From Seison nebaliae (lineage: Eukaryota), in NCBI GenBank assembly GCA_023231475.1, contig JALJEE010001441.1, forward strand, positions 1-64,000: 64,000 nt of DNA, in the 5' to 3' direction. Below are positions 50,798-64,000 of the stretch, in pieces. Below the pieces are notes generated by a model, which worked only from the letters and a program-made list of their open reading frames with translations, made no database searches and had not been told where the DNA came from. The first letter of the stretch is position 1. The number at the start of each line of letters is the position of its first letter. The translations under genes and the position numbers were made by a program.

Positions 50798-52913
50798 TTA
50801 TTGTCGAGTGAAGACATAAGTATAATGATGCAATTTTTGCCATTTCTCGTCGTTGACGTAATTGATACTGTTGGGAAAGATGAATGAAATTTGAAAAGAA
50901 GAAAAAGAACGAAGTTTGTAAAAGTCCATCGAATAATTCAATTGAAGAAAAACTCCATTTGTATGAGTAGGAGAAGGAGAATCGTGAGGTGAATGTAAAA
51001 TATCTTAAATGGATTTCCCGTACTGTTAATCGTTTTCTTTTCGTTAATAATGCCGTTATCGTTTCTGATGGTTTGATTGATTTATCTCCTCTAAATGAAC
51101 GTCACAGTTTTAAATGAAAAGAAGAATAAACTCGCTTACATCAATCCAATCATCATCCTTGTCATTCTCTCGATCATCTTCCATGATGAGTTTGATGGAG
51201 ATCATTGCTTTCAACTTTTTCATTTTCTTCAAATTATTCGAATTCACTCTCAACTGATAATGATATACTGAAAACATTTGAAATTATTTCCAAAGAAATT
51301 TATTAATCTGATTATTATGACTAAATACCAACGACAATATGGTGAATTCTTATTTGTTTGGAGAAAATAGGATTGATTTTTATAGTTCTTCGGTAGTTTC
51401 TTCATTACCATAAAATCGTTTCGATGAGATGTGTTTTTTCTAGATTTTTTCTTCTTCCACCAATTCTTCACGAATTTCAAGAAGCGTTTCGAACGACTCT
51501 TACTCTGAGAAGGAGGTTCGGGTGTAAAACCCAAATAAATACATTTCCTCGGTTCATCACACGATAAACACTCGCCTTCCAAAAACGCTTCATAAGATCG
51601 ACAAGCATACGCACGCATTAAACATTGTGGTTGTTGTATGTTTGATTTGAATATCCATTCTCTATTCTTTATTTCTAACTGTTCTTTCGCCTTACCCATA
51701 TTGAGTAGACCTTCAGTATAAAATCGAACACTTCTCGTATGACTACAAGTGAAAGTGTCTTCCTGCCCTTATTTTTTAGAAAGAAGAATTTAAAATTTAC
51801 ATTTTCCTTTCCATTATATTAACATGTTCGATTACTTTTTAGTAGACCCCAAATTCCACTGAGTAGTCGAATTCCCACTTTTTTGCATCCAGGTTGTTCG
51901 TAACCACCATTAGGATAGACATCCTGATCACCTTTTATTGAGAAATAATTATTAATTTTTCGAATAAGAAATTTCTAGCCAAATTCTTGATTTGTTCCAA
52001 ATTTCATCTTCTCCACTTTACCCGCATCGGTGTGAACGACATGCACTATATCTGCATCCGTTTCGTCTAATCTAGCCGGTTTAGCAACTCGATTATAATA
52101 AAGACCGGCGGGATCCATCGCTATCTTATGATATGACTTTAAATGTTAAAATAGAAATTGTGAACCTGTTAATCGACCGATTCCTGGTAACAATTGACCA
52201 GTCTTACCCGAGAGATGTGTAGATAAGGAGAATGTGATGATGTCAACGTTATGTCGAGTGAATGATGGGAATTCTTTCTCCAATTGTTTAATAAACATTG
52301 ACAATTGGACAGCAACTAAATCGGCATTAGCCACCGCTTGATAATAAGGAGAGACAGAAGCTCGATGCCAATCTAACATGAAAATATTGAAATCAAACTA
52401 ATGAAAAATTTAATTTGTTTAAATTATTTTTTAAGAATTTTCCAACATATTCTTGGAAATATTCCCGTGTTTGTTGCGCCCAACCAACATGTAGATTTTG
52501 GACGAATGCATGGACAATAATCTTACTGTGTTTTTCGGGATCGAAATGTTGAATATTTGTCTGAAATTCATCTAAACCGACTTTCAATAACGGAATAATT
52601 TGATGGTTATCACTTGAAATAAAAAAATTTTATTTACACGTACAAATTACACATACAACCAAACCGTTCATGATAAAACCACATAGCCGTTTGGATCTTT
52701 TCCGGTTTCAAAGGATAAACTGTTAACGGTCGTTCCTTCTTACTGGACACTCCGCCATCTCTCTCGAAACAACCGAATTGATTAAAACAAATATTATCGG
52801 AATTCCCACCGTCAGTATCTTTTTTGAAGATTGTTGAGAAAAAAAATTTAAATCGATTAATAACCAGATCGGATTAATGGAATTATCAATAGGAATATTT
52901 TAAGAAATTTCAT
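50798..52913 (-). CDS. Pancreatic-lipase-family secreted protein (lipase + probable PLAT domain), 10 exons
   Basis: Signal peptide, ICFNQFGCF, IIVHAF, MLDW, TFSLSTH, RLTAMDPAG, RLDETDA..V.VVHTD, DVYPNGGYEQPGC, CSHTRS, CRSYEAFLEGEC, TNKNSPYC. Confidence 0.9.
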
Positions 52914-53293
52914 AATTTTTAATATTTCTACTTCTTATGATTGTAGTAGTGAGAGGAATGATAAATTGATGTTTTGACCTTGACAATTGACGCGAAAACA
53001 AAAGAGTTAAGTGATTTTTTATTTGAAAGAGAAACAAGAAGAATAGTTGTTGAAGTCACTGTCATAAAATTCGTGTTTGTCATAATAATATATAACTATT
53101 CCCGTAGCTGTTCAAGAAAATGAATCAATTGAAAATAACATTTTTGGTTATGGTATGATATATGTGAAAAGAAATGAAGAATAATATTTTGAAGAAAATT
53201 GTGAAGTAGAAGAATGAAATAATATTAAAATGTTTTGTAATTCTCTCGAATTCTCATATAAGAAATTTAGATTATTCAAAAATTTTCATAATT

Positions 53294-53510
53294 CAAACGG
53301 AAAGATCATTCAAAAAATTTCATAATAAAGAAAACGGAAAATTGTACGATAATCGGAAAAACGAAAATTTTCGTCATAATCCAACAAAGAAAATATTTAT
53401 GATAATTAAAAACGGAAATTTTTGTGATGATCCATAAAATGGAAAGTTTTGTGATAATCAAAAAAAACGGAAATTTTCGTGATAATCTAAAAACGGAAAT
53501 TTTTGCTCAT
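53294..53510. repeat. Degenerate minisatellite, ~25-29-nt unit (aaaaacggaaattttcgtgataatc) x~7
   Basis: Recurrent aaacggaaa...gataat units between the lipase and SoxD genes. Confidence 0.75.
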
Positions 53511-53789
53511 CATATTTTCAATAAGAGAATGATAATTGACTTCAATTTTATTTTTCTGTTCTCCGTTTTCATTTTTGTGCAGATTCAAATCAAATTTGTT
53601 ATAGTGGACAATAACGGTAAATTTCTATTCATATAAATATAAAAGAGAAAAAATTGTAATTCTTATCGGATGTGTTGATATATCTCTCTACCAGGTGATG
53701 ATGAGAATTAATTTTTCAATAGATCTCTTTGGAGGTGTGTGAAGAATATTCGAAAATTATCATACAAATTGAGATTGTCAAATTTCTTG

Positions 53790-56700
53790 TCAAATATTCG
53801 ACGAAGGTGATGTTGTTGTTGTTGTTGTCGTTGTTGATAGACCGTTTTCTCCAATAAAATGTTTATTATTTCCATCATTCATTGTCATCGTATCCAGATG
53901 TGAGTAGATATCATTGGATGATGATAAGATTGATGATCTTGATTTATTCTCATTATTCGAACAGGTCTCGTCTTCGTCTGAATTATAGAGATAATCTTGC
54001 ATATCGTCCTTATCCATCGAATCGTTCAAATCATCCGGTTGTAAATGATTTGACAAATTATTATTATTATTACCAGTTAATGAGTTGTTGTTATTATTGT
54101 TCAAATTAGAAGTCATATTCAATAGATAATCTTCTGATATGATTGTATTGTTCAATAAATTATTCATATTATTATTCCCAAATTGAAGTAGTTCGCCATT
54201 GATGGCTGGTAATAATTCATTTAATTTTGATGCGGTATTTATCGACAACTGATTATTGTACATGTTCTTACTCAATCGTTTCCGTTGTGATTGCTCTCTC
54301 ATCATCAATTTATATTCGGCCAATTTGACACGTTTACCTTCAATTGTACAAGAACGTTTTGGTCGTGGTCTAAAGAATTGAAAATAATTTGTAATTCAAA
54401 TTTATTATTAATAATAACTTATATCGATAATTCGGATGATTCAACATATGTTCCTGACTCAATCGAGTTTGCTCCTCATAAAACGGTGCTTTCTCATCTT
54501 TCGTCATACTCTTCCATCTTTGTCCTAAAATTCATATTCAAATGACTGAAAAAGAAATTTTCGAACCGAGCATTTTCGATATGTTGGAATTATGCATATC
54601 AGGATTCTCACGCAAAATCGATTTACGTTCTTCGCGTGCCCAAACCATAAATGCATTCATTGGTCGTTTAATATGGTTTCCTTTATCGTCAGTCGTTGTA
54701 TCTTTAACATTCTCCATCGTATATTCTTTCTCGTCTGAAAAATGGAAGGGAAGTTGAAAGAAAGTTCAAAATGGGAGAGGAAAATAAACTTCGATTTTTC
54801 TTCAAAATATCATTCTCATTCGAAAGTTTCGATCTTTTACGATTATGTACATGTTGTTCTGGATTCATCACAATATTATTCGATATCGTATTTGATTGTG
54901 AAATTGATGTATTCGTTCTCTTTAATAAACATTCGAGTTCCATTTTCAATTGATTCGCATTCTGAACATCATTTCCAGAATTACCTAATAATTTCTGATA
55001 TAACAATCGATTGTTCATATCTGTTAAAATGTCGTTTCCGATCATTCCATTTGATTTCCCATCAATATGATCATTCGATTGATCATTGAAATTATTGTTA
55101 TTATTGTTGTTGCTATTGTTGTTGTTGTTGTTGTTGTTGTTGAGAGAAAGAACATTTTTCTGGAAAATGTTGAATGCGTTGACGTTTTTTCCGTTTTGAA
55201 CGTTCGTCTCATTTGTATTCTGCACAAGATTACTCATGAGAAATGGTGTTAGATCTTGTAAGATTTTTGCATTTCGATGTTTCGCTACTAAATCGAGTTC
55301 TTTCTCCTTTGCATGATGATTTGTTCCATTAGTCTGATTTTCTGATTGAACGTCGGTCGAGTCATGCTGATTTAAAAAATCAACAGCTGATTGACTATTT
55401 GGCGATGAGTGAATTTTATTTTTATCATTATTATTCGATGATTTCTCATTAACTAATTGTAATAATTTTTCATTTATTGTCGCGTTATTTCCATCATCCA
55501 AATTTCTGGAAATTTCTTTATTATTTACCGATTTCTTCATCATCATTTGCATGAGAAGTGATATAACTTTTGAGACATTATTATTATTATGATTGTTGTT
55601 GTTGTTGCTATTCCGTTTCGTCGTATTGTTGTTGTTGTTGATGTTTTCGATTTTATTGAGGTCATCATCATTCTCATCATCATCATCATTATTATTTTCA
55701 TTATCATCATTCTGATGCATATCATTCTCGAATGAGGTTGATGACGTAGTTTTAGATGTTATTATTCTATTCGTCGATAATCTGATATTGGTGGACTTTT
55801 TATCACCATCAGCATCATCGTCATTTTCACGATTACGATTAGTTTTATTAGTACGATTTTTTCCATTCACTGTCGGTAACTGTTGAGAAGGTTTTATTGA
55901 ATGAAAAATTGAGCTAGTCACATTATCAACAATCATATCATTTGAATTATAATCGATTTTCTCCTTATTCTCTTTCGATTCTTCTTTCATCTGATTCTCG
56001 TCACAATCGCTTGTTAGCATGGTATCGATATTTAATTTGATATCGATCTCATCTTTTTTTCTTTCATTGGAGAAGTCTCGTGAATCGTTGGCGAGAATAT
56101 GTTTCAGAAAATGAGAAGAAGATGATGATGATGAAGACGATGAAGAATCATTATTTATTAAATTCTCATTTGATAATTTCTCTTTTTTCAAATAAATATT
56201 GTTACGTGATTGATTCCAATAATAATTTCGACATTCACTCATCGTCTCAACGAACGACGGCAATTGTTTATTAAGTTGATCACGTAATCTTTCGATTTCT
56301 TTAATATAACTATCTAATCTCAAGATGATATCTCGAACATTCGTTATCATAATAATTTGTTGTTTTTTCTTCTCATTTTGATGCTCATCTGAATTCACTT
56401 TCTCATTTTCATTATTCTTCTCATCCTCATTCGTCTCGTTCGAATTAATTTTCGTTAATTTATTTTTCGATTTATTATCATTCTTCTCTCGAATACTCAA
56501 CAATTTCAATAGAACAAAACACTTTAAATTGATAATGGACTTGAAAATGAAATCTGCCCAATTTTCATCATTCTTATTCGATGGTGCACAAAACGTTTCT
56601 GTCTGAATTTCATCGAAACGGTTTCTGATTACTGATGATAACTGACGACAAGTTGCTTTGATTTCACTCCCATCAAACTCTTGAATTACTCGTCGAAATA

Positions 56701-56953
56701 ATTCAGATGATTCATTCTCTAATAAGAATTTGATGTTGTTGAAATCTTGAGCAAGTACCATTTGGGAGATATCGTTCTCTCCACCATACGCTTCCGTCGA
56801 TGTTGATGATGTCGATGATGATTGAGCAATTATATCACGATCACTATTGTAAGAAGAAGAACTCTCTAAACTATCTGCTATCATTTCTTGTTGACTAACA
56901 CTCTTGAACGGATCTGGCCAATTATTCTGGAAATTTTCAATCACCGTTTTCAT
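53790..56953 (-). CDS. SoxD: SoxD-group (Sox5/6-like) HMG transcription factor, at least 4 coding exons
   Basis: Spliced HMG box [81 protein letters not shown] (SoxD-type extension). An acceptor ttcag lies 1 nt before the ATG, so upstream exons are likely. Confidence 0.93.
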
Positions 56954-59900
56954 ACTGAATTGAATGGTAATCTTCCGTCATAAAATCCTTCAAATCTTCT
57001 CCCTTCCTTGTCTCAACTCAGTTGTTGAATCAAAATGAAATGAATTTTCTCTTTTTAAAAATTTTAAGAAATAAATAAACAATCTAAAAATCTGCACAAA
57101 TAAAAAAAATATTTAATGAAACAAATTTTTTTGAAGTTTGATGTATCTGATAAGAATAAACGGAAATTTTTTTGTAACGAAGAGAATTCTTTTCTTTTGT
57201 ATCAATTTCATATTACCACTAGTACTATTACTATTACTATCTTTGGAGATGATTAACGATTTAATGACAGACGTCAACACGACTTATCAGACAGATACGT
57301 AAAATCATTCGTTCATTATATCTTGATGAATCGTTCAGGAATGACAAGTCCCTGACGAATTCCTCACAATTCCCTTTCACAAACTTTTCTTCACAAACGG
57401 CAATGGGAGAGACGTGAAGTAAATGGTCAATAATTAGACTAAACGGAACTTTCCCGTCAAATCTGATTCCATGAAAAAGTTTCTTCCTGAAAAGATCTTG
57501 TTGTCTTAAAATACAAATTAAAATTTCCTCGTATGGGAAGGGGAAAATGAACAATTCATAATTTCATTCTTGTCGAATTCAGATTGTTCAATTGATTTAT
57601 TAGTATTTTACTTCATTTCCATATTGTTATTATTTGGAAAGTTTCACTTCACATTCTTACCATAATCAGAATCGAACATTCCTAGTTGGTTTCTTATCAT
57701 ATTCTTCTAAAAAAGAATTTATGGGAACAAACTGAAATTCTTATCATTATGAATTATCGTTCATTTCTTCTTTTCTGCACATCACCATCGATTTGTGTTG
57801 TTATCGACGAAATTAAGATAAATAAAATTTGAAGAGATTACAGGAAGGAGATTGTTGGTGTTCGCTGGTTACTATGCACAATTGATGTCATTCGTTTATC
57901 AATTGTCGATTGATGGAAGAGAAGAAATCGTTTGAGCACATTCCATCATCATGTGGGGAGATGGTAGTTGAGGAGTACGTATGTCTCCTATCTAATCTCT
58001 CAATTAAAGTACTTCTGAAGTTTAATTATCATTTGTTATTGAATAGTAAACAATAGGCAAATAACAATCATCATTTCCGTTCTCTTGAACATTTTAAAGA
58101 ATAATCGGAAACAATAAAAATGGCATGACAAATCATAAATGAGATGTGCAAATTTTGAGATCCATAATAAGATGTTTTGATGAATATCAAAAAAAATTCA
58201 AATCGAAAAATAAAATTTCTTAAATTCTAATCAATTCTCTGGAAGAAGAGAAATTTGTTTACGAGAACGAATGAGAAGAATTTGAAAAATAGTTTTGGTT
58301 TCGCTTGTCAATATCGGAATTTTAAGTGTCGTAGAGTGAAAAAGAACGACATAGTAGTTAGATGATGATGTGTTGAAGCGGAAAAACAGGCAAGATGAAA
58401 AAATTAGAATTTCAAAGTGAAATAATTTCCTTTGAAACATTTCTCGAATCAGTCACTTAACAAAAGCGGCATGATTATGCAGTTCGTTTGCATTTATCGA
58501 TTGGAGTTGACATCAGTTAAAATAGAATTATGCTAAATGGAAAAAATGAGCATGAATAGGGGGAAAGTATGAAAATGGAACTGATGAGAATGATTGGTGA
58601 TGATTTTGGAGAATGATCAATTTAGCGCAACATCGATAGTGGAATGAAAATGAATAAACATGAAATGTGTAAATGAGGTGAAGAAAGGTGAGGAAGATTT
58701 GAATGAAAACGAAGAATGTTCTATTCTTTCTGGTTGAATGAGAACGACATGCTGAAGATAAGTGGCAATTGTCGATCAATTTTCATTTGAATTGATGTTC
58801 TGAGAACGCACAAAAAATTGTAAGTAATCAAAGAAGTGTAATAATATTAATAGATTACCATCTTGAACGGAGGAATAATGAGACGAATGTGAGATGAGTA
58901 TTGACAAGAACAAACGATGGAACAAACTTCTATTTTATCAGATCTAATTGTTAGATAAATTTTACATAAAGTTGAATTACTTCTCATCTTTTCGAAAAGA
59001 ATGCAGATCAGACATCTGATAGATCTTTTTTTCTTTCTTTCATTCTTGTTACAGGAATCTAATTATTATTGTGCATAAATAACATACGTTATCACAACAA
59101 TGTTAACTAATTGTTTTCCTACTTCGTTTATAGTTTAGATAAAGTCGTACCTCAACCAAACTATACTTAAGTCTAGTACGTCTATATAAGACTACGACTT
59201 ATTTTCTTCTTGGGGAGAATTTAGGATGAGCAACTGCGAAAAGAAGAAGCACATATGAATATTTATCTAAACAAATGATTAATCAATCTAATTCTTTTTG
59301 AGAATTCTAGTTTGGAAACAATTAGTAATTTCATTCATTCATATCGATTATTCAGTCAGAATTGTGTGTGAAATTGAATTTATGATGTTCCATCATGTTT
59401 CCTTAAGAAGAATATCATTATTGTTAACGAATTTTTGTTTTTTATTTGCACGAATTCTTTCAAACAGATATTCGATCTTATGAACAACAACATTGTTAAT
59501 AAAGATTAAATGACTGAATTGAAAATAACGAGAAGAAAAATTGTCATTTTCAAAATGACTTTAACAATCTTTAAAAAGAACTGATAGGTATAGAAGTCAG
59601 TTGCCATGAAGAAAATAATTAGCAAATGAGATATTCGATAAAAGAAGTTTTATAAAAAATGTTTAACAACAATTCACTAATACTAATTGGTTAAAGTTTT
59701 GTGAATTGGAGATAATTAAGAAATTAAGAACGATAAAAGTTGATTAGATATTGAATATAATCGTTTCAATGTTCAAAAGAGATGTAGTTGATTTGATGTT
59801 TATGTTGAATGGTTTGTATGCAAATAAGAAAAAATCGATTATTATTTCATTGATAATCGATCGTTCTTCATACTTAATCCATTTATCATTAAGAAAAAAA

Positions 59901-62900
59901 TTATTAATTTTGAAACGCTCAAAATCATTCGTTTAATTTCTCCTCATGACTCCTCAACATCATCCTCTTCTCAATCAAAACTCCTCACACAATTCACTAA
60001 CAAAAACATTTTACAATATAATTATTTCACCTGCACGAACAGGTTTTTCTATTCTTCTAATTCTCTTCCCTGAATCAATGACATTAGAGAGATAATTGAT
60101 GATTGATTCACTCGTTCGAATTTATTATTATCGTCATAATATCATCGATCGAAGAATGATGGGAAGAAGAAAATAGATGAAAGAAAATGTTTCTCATCAA
60201 ATCTTAAATTAAAATGAACATAACGATGATAGTGATGATGATGATGATGATGGGTGATGATGTCAAAGTAAAATAATAAACGATATATTCGTTAAAGACC
60301 ATACTATTTATCCTAATTGACAAAAACAATTGATTTAATTTGAGTAAGTATTATTCTTTTATGTTTCTTCATCTTCATCTTCATCTGTTTCTCTTCTTTT
60401 TTTGCGAGAGAATTACAACGAAATTTATTATTATGGAATCAATTTGGAATAGTAAATTATGAAATAGACGATTTATTCTTCTTCTCAAATTCAATCCTTT
60501 ATTGAATAACATAAAAATGAATTTGATAATTAGACAAATTATATTTTCATAACATAATGGTGTAATGATATTGCGAGTGATGATGATGATGATGTCGAGT
60601 CGACATTAGATGTCCATTCAATGAGATAGAGTTGAGATGATTTTCACTTAAAATCAATTATCTGTTCCGATAACAAGGAATGAGGTGAGGAAATGGTTAT
60701 TGTAAATTATTGTTGACGATTATTGAAATTCATACGAGAATCAACAATGGATAATGAGGAGCGGGAGCGAGGAAGGATAAAAGTATTGATGATGAAATCG
60801 ATCTTTAAATATATGACAATGTTCCTTTTTTCCTTCCAATGTTTACTTTCCATTACTTACGATTCCCACAATCATACACACTGATATATCTGTCTCATCC
60901 TAACTACATTTGATCGATGAATGACATCTAGAGAAATGATCTATGAAGAGAAGCGATTATTCTTCCGAACTGTACAAATTAAAGATTTCATGAAAGTAAA
61001 TGACAGTGGGAAGATATTTCCCAGTGATTTCCGAACGATTCACATCAGATATCGCAATGTTACGTCAAAGAGTGAATTCTTATTCTCAATCAAATACATA
61101 GGTAGCTAGATAGAGATGGATAGGCAAGATAGATAGGAAGATAGATATGAGAATTGATTTCCAAAACCGTTTCCATTCGTTAGTGAGGGAAAACTAAATA
61201 AAACGGAATTAATCGATAATAATTCATTGAGAATAATTGGGAAAGGACGTTCGATTGTTCACGATGGAAGAGGAAAGATATTCAATTACAGAAATATTCT
61301 GCAACGACCTTCCCACTGGAACGAATTAGAGTCTCATCATTTCTTTTTCCTAATATGAAAATCTCTCAAATTGACATGACTCCAACTGAATTCCATTAGA
61401 AGAATGAAATTTCAGTTGAAATGAAATTTCGAGGGGAAATTCCCGTGAAAAACTCATAAAATTGTCGGAACAATTAACCTGTATGGGATAGTGAAGGAGG
61501 GAGGAGGAAGATGAAGAAGAAAAGAAGAAATTCCTTACAATATCAAATAAGATAATACTATGGAAATGGATAAAAGTGAAATTGAATGACGACAGAACAG
61601 ACGAACGCTCAATAAAAATTATGACTGTTCATTATCTTTGACGAAATTTCCGGTCTCGTATAGCGGATACATATTGACGACAACCCGTTCCTTCATACCC
61701 GTTAATCCGACACAATATCTTTCAATTGGACGTTTACCTTCTTCTTTCGCGAATATAAACTGAAGAAAATTATAAACAGACATTTCCGTCTCATCATTCG
61801 GGGCCATTCACGTTCGACACGATCGTCAACTTTTATTCCTTATTTTCTTATTATTATCATTCATTTCTATATTATCCACACTTCTTCCAGAACAACATTT
61901 GACTTTCATTTATTCCAATACCATCAATTAATACCAAGAGGATGATATTATCCGATATGATGGAAAGTTACATGAAATGATGAAATAAATTGAATAATCG
62001 ATGGATTAATTTCTATTAATCTCAGATACTTCTTCAAAGTGACATAATATCAGTTACATAAACAACGATATCCTATAAATCGACATAATCAATCGATTTA
62101 ACGAATATTTGAAGATTTTAATATAATCAATGAACTTCTAATAAAATTTCATTAATTCGTTTCCTATTACGTCGAATGAGAGACGAATAAATAATGCATT
62201 CTCTCTATCGTTATTATTACCACTAAGAAGTTGAGAGGAGTTTATAACGAATTATATGGAACTAGAATTATCAGATATCTCGAATATCGTCACTCATTCA
62301 ATCCAATTTACAATTCAGTTTATGTAAGTCGTTTAATAATTGAATATTCGTTCCTCATTCTGTCTCTTCCTTTCGGAATTGAAATGGAAGGGAATTGCTG
62401 GTAGGAAGATATATCGGTTAACTTTCCATCCAACCGGGACCATAAATAGGAGAAATGGATGGTATGTTTCTCTCGGAACCTTCTTTATTATTTTTAGTTT
62501 GTTGTTCATCAGAACATTGTGTCGAATATTGGAATTATGGGAATAGTATCTCGAATTGATACGGACGACGATGGAAAGAAAGGTATAAAACGTGTTCATC
62601 ACAAGAAGTTTCTGTTTCAATTTGAAAGTATTTCGATTCGATCAATCGAACTGAGAGAGAAACTCAACTTTTACTAAAAGTTTTTTGAATAAAACATAAT
62701 TTGAGGAAAAATGACGAAAAGAAGACATTCTAATTCTTCGAATTTTCCACCTTTCCAACTAACGAGATATAGGATTAATGTAATATTAATATATTAATTC
62801 GATTGCATCCATATCTTCGAATAATGGTCTTAAAAGAAAGAAGGAGAAAACTAAAGGGGAAAAACTCAAATTTCCGAAAGTTACGTTCCATTGAAGATCG

Positions 62901-64000
62901 ATAATAGTGCTAACAAGAACGATAGGAGAACAACAAGTATTCATCTTTAATTTAAACAAGTTCTTTCAAAAGAATGAGAAACATAAAGGAGAATTGTTCT
63001 CGTCGTCTTTCACTATATCGTCTCCCGAAAATTTTAATTTGGACTAGAAAAATTCTTTTGGCTGAGTCTCTATACGTAGAAGAAATAGAAGAAGAAGACT
63101 TATCAAACGAAAGAGAAACATAAGAGAAAATTGTGGAAGGTGTGAAATGAAAGACGGTCTCCTCTTTGCTAATTAATCGGGTGGCAATAAGTGCATTGTT
63201 CCATTGCACCTGGGATCACGTTCCAGACTTTTGAATGTAAGTAATTCGATTCTCGTTCGACCAATAGAAGGGATGATGGGAAATATTATGCGATAACGAT
63301 GGAAAGCGTATTGTGGAACTGTTGAAAAACATGAATCGAATAGAACATATTAGGAGCAAGAATAATACCAATTTTCCAATTGTCGTTGTCGATAACAACT
63401 AAATGTATTTGGAAGGAACGAGATTAATGATGGCAAGTGTGGAATAAGCAGCGGAATATAATGACATAGATTAAAACAAAAAGAAGAAGTGAAAATAAGA
63501 GGTACAATACAAAAGTGGAGTCAACTACCCGAATTCAACAACATATGCATTAAACACCACCACATTAATAACTGGATACTTACATTAGCATCGGAATAAT
63601 TCCTTTCTATGTACAATAATAATAGTTGCACTTCTCTCAAACTCATCGAGTATTCTTTTTTTGTCAGGTCTAATAATAACAAATTGAAAATGATTTTTTC
63701 AAGATGTCTCGGATGGAACTAAAAAACAAATTGCCCCTAAACTCTTTCTTATTGTTCCATCAACATCTATTTACTTCCATTTCAACAATCCCGAAAAAAA
63801 CATTATTTATGGGAAATAAATAAAACCAAATTTATGAAATTTTAAACAGGTCATGGAAATATGAGAAACTCAAAAATGTGAAGTAGTTAGGAAAATCGAA
63901 ATTTCTTTCTAAATGAATTTAACTTAATCGGAATTCATTTAAGTGAAATTTTTGATTAATGAATTGGAACGCATCATTCGATGAATCTGCTATTTCCTTT

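Noticed and set aside
53294..53510. CRISPR-like array
   Set aside because: Degenerate contiguous units with no unique spacers, no cas genes, and a eukaryotic context. It is a minisatellite.
57000..64000. Short ORFs (60-97 aa) upstream of SoxD
   Set aside because: AT-biased composition with no recognisable domains. Candidate exons (57661-57681, ~61740-61807) do not give the phase needed to join SoxD in frame. Likely regulatory or UTR-intron DNA.

Overview
Eukaryotic (animal) genomic DNA, very AT-rich and compact, with many short (~41-60 nt) introns. The style is compatible with a small spiralian/syndermatan invertebrate, but the species cannot be fixed from sequence alone. Content in order: a 6-gene tandem array of divergent secreted, probably GPI-anchored CAP/SCP (venom-allergen-like) proteins; ferroportin; a small HEAT-like protein; a single-pass membrane protein; an orphan class-A GPCR; ~12 kb with no long ORF; a Frizzled with a very long tail; PCYT1; PFK (two alternative first-exon sets plus a 12-nt microexon); ASNA1/GET3; an unannotated multi-exon Ig-domain membrane protein; TRM5; Tim8; TFIIH p34; a divergent Sox-like HMG gene; a pancreatic-lipase-like gene; SoxD; and ~7 kb of non-coding DNA. 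The most striking signal is the splicing code. About 41 of 49 hand-reconstructed introns begin GTT rather than GTRAG, AAG acceptors are common, one GCT-AG intron occurs, and a textbook GTAAGC appears to be skipped for a GTT donor. One long intron folds into a ~50-bp hairpin. Very short co-directional spacers (33-146 bp) suggest operon-like transcription. All gene models were built by eye and need transcript confirmation.
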